Assembly: GCA_951804945.1 (NCBI GenBank)
Contig: OX638159.1
Coordinates: 51,956,001-52,020,000, forward strand
Source of the DNA: Podarcis cretensis
Lineage: Eukaryota
DNA: 64,000 nt
Direction of reading: 5' to 3'
Shown: in pieces, positions 63,488 to 64,000 of the stretch
Numbering within the stretch: the stretch's first letter is position 1
Layout of the letters: every line of letters begins with the position of its first letter
Translations under genes and position numbers: made by a program
Notes under the pieces: model-generated
What the model was told of the DNA's origin: nothing
Database searches by the model: none
What the model saw: only the letters and a program-made list of their open reading frames with translations

Positions 63488-64000
63488 GTGCGCATGTGTG
63501 TGTCTATATGGTGTGTGCGTAGACAGTGCAATTTTTCTAGAAAAAGAGGCTCACCCTGAACACATCCCTTGTTCTCTTAGAATGGCAATGGTGCCCACCT
63601 GAGGAGTGCAGGAACTGAAAAAAAGCCCTGGGTATGGACCTCTTTCACATGAGTTCTCAGCATACTTCCCAAGCTACAATTCTCAGCATTCTTTAGGGGA
63701 AGCCATATCAATTGAAGTGGTAAGTGCTCTTAAGTTGCCTCAAAGTTAGCGATATGGCAAAAGTGTTGCAAAATGGGAACACCTCAAAAATGAAATTTGG
63801 TTTGCATGAAACAATGGTGAATTTTTTAAATTAAAACATTAGCATGTATTTTGCCTGAGAAGTTCCTATTTGTTTCAATGCAACCCAATGGAATTTCTGA
63901 TCCCACCCAGAACTCAGTGGGACTTACTACCTGGTAAATATGTTTTGACTTGAAAAGTTAGTGACTATGAAATGTAGAACATCTATTTTGCTGCAAGGAC

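Larger units (their letters stand above)
39851..64000 (-). other. WDR7: Large WDR7 intron (next upstream exon not found in window)
   Basis: I found no sequence encoding the expected preceding peptide (...YDIRTGKCQ); the region is transposons and unique non-coding DNA. Confidence 0.7.

Overview
Vertebrate nuclear DNA, very probably a lacertid lizard (Podarcis/Lacerta-type Sauria SINEs, BovB, lizard-type L2/L1/CR1 and MITE families). The only host protein-coding sequence I can support is the 3' end of WDR7 (rabconnectin-3 beta) on the minus strand: a 105-bp penultimate exon (39746-39850) and the last coding exon (35858-36061). A repeat-free stretch follows (about 30900-35857) that is probably a long 3' UTR. 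Positions 39851-64000 are WDR7 intron. Positions 1 to ~30800 are intergenic, with many transposons between repeat-free, enhancer-like blocks. Most ORFs in the track are spurious or transposon-derived. The best leads are: (i) a solo LTR whose U3 region is almost entirely a ~220-codon reading frame, acidic then Arg-rich, broken by one homopolymer frameshift; (ii) an LTR-like insertion flanked by a ~200-bp direct duplication instead of a short TSD; (iii) a perfect 32-bp-arm palindrome at a SINE head; (iv) a young L2 copy with an uninterrupted RT ORF; (v) DR1, ONECUT/PBX-like and CTCF motifs in unique DNA. I found no clear new multi-gene system. Repeat family names are from recognition and were not database-checked.
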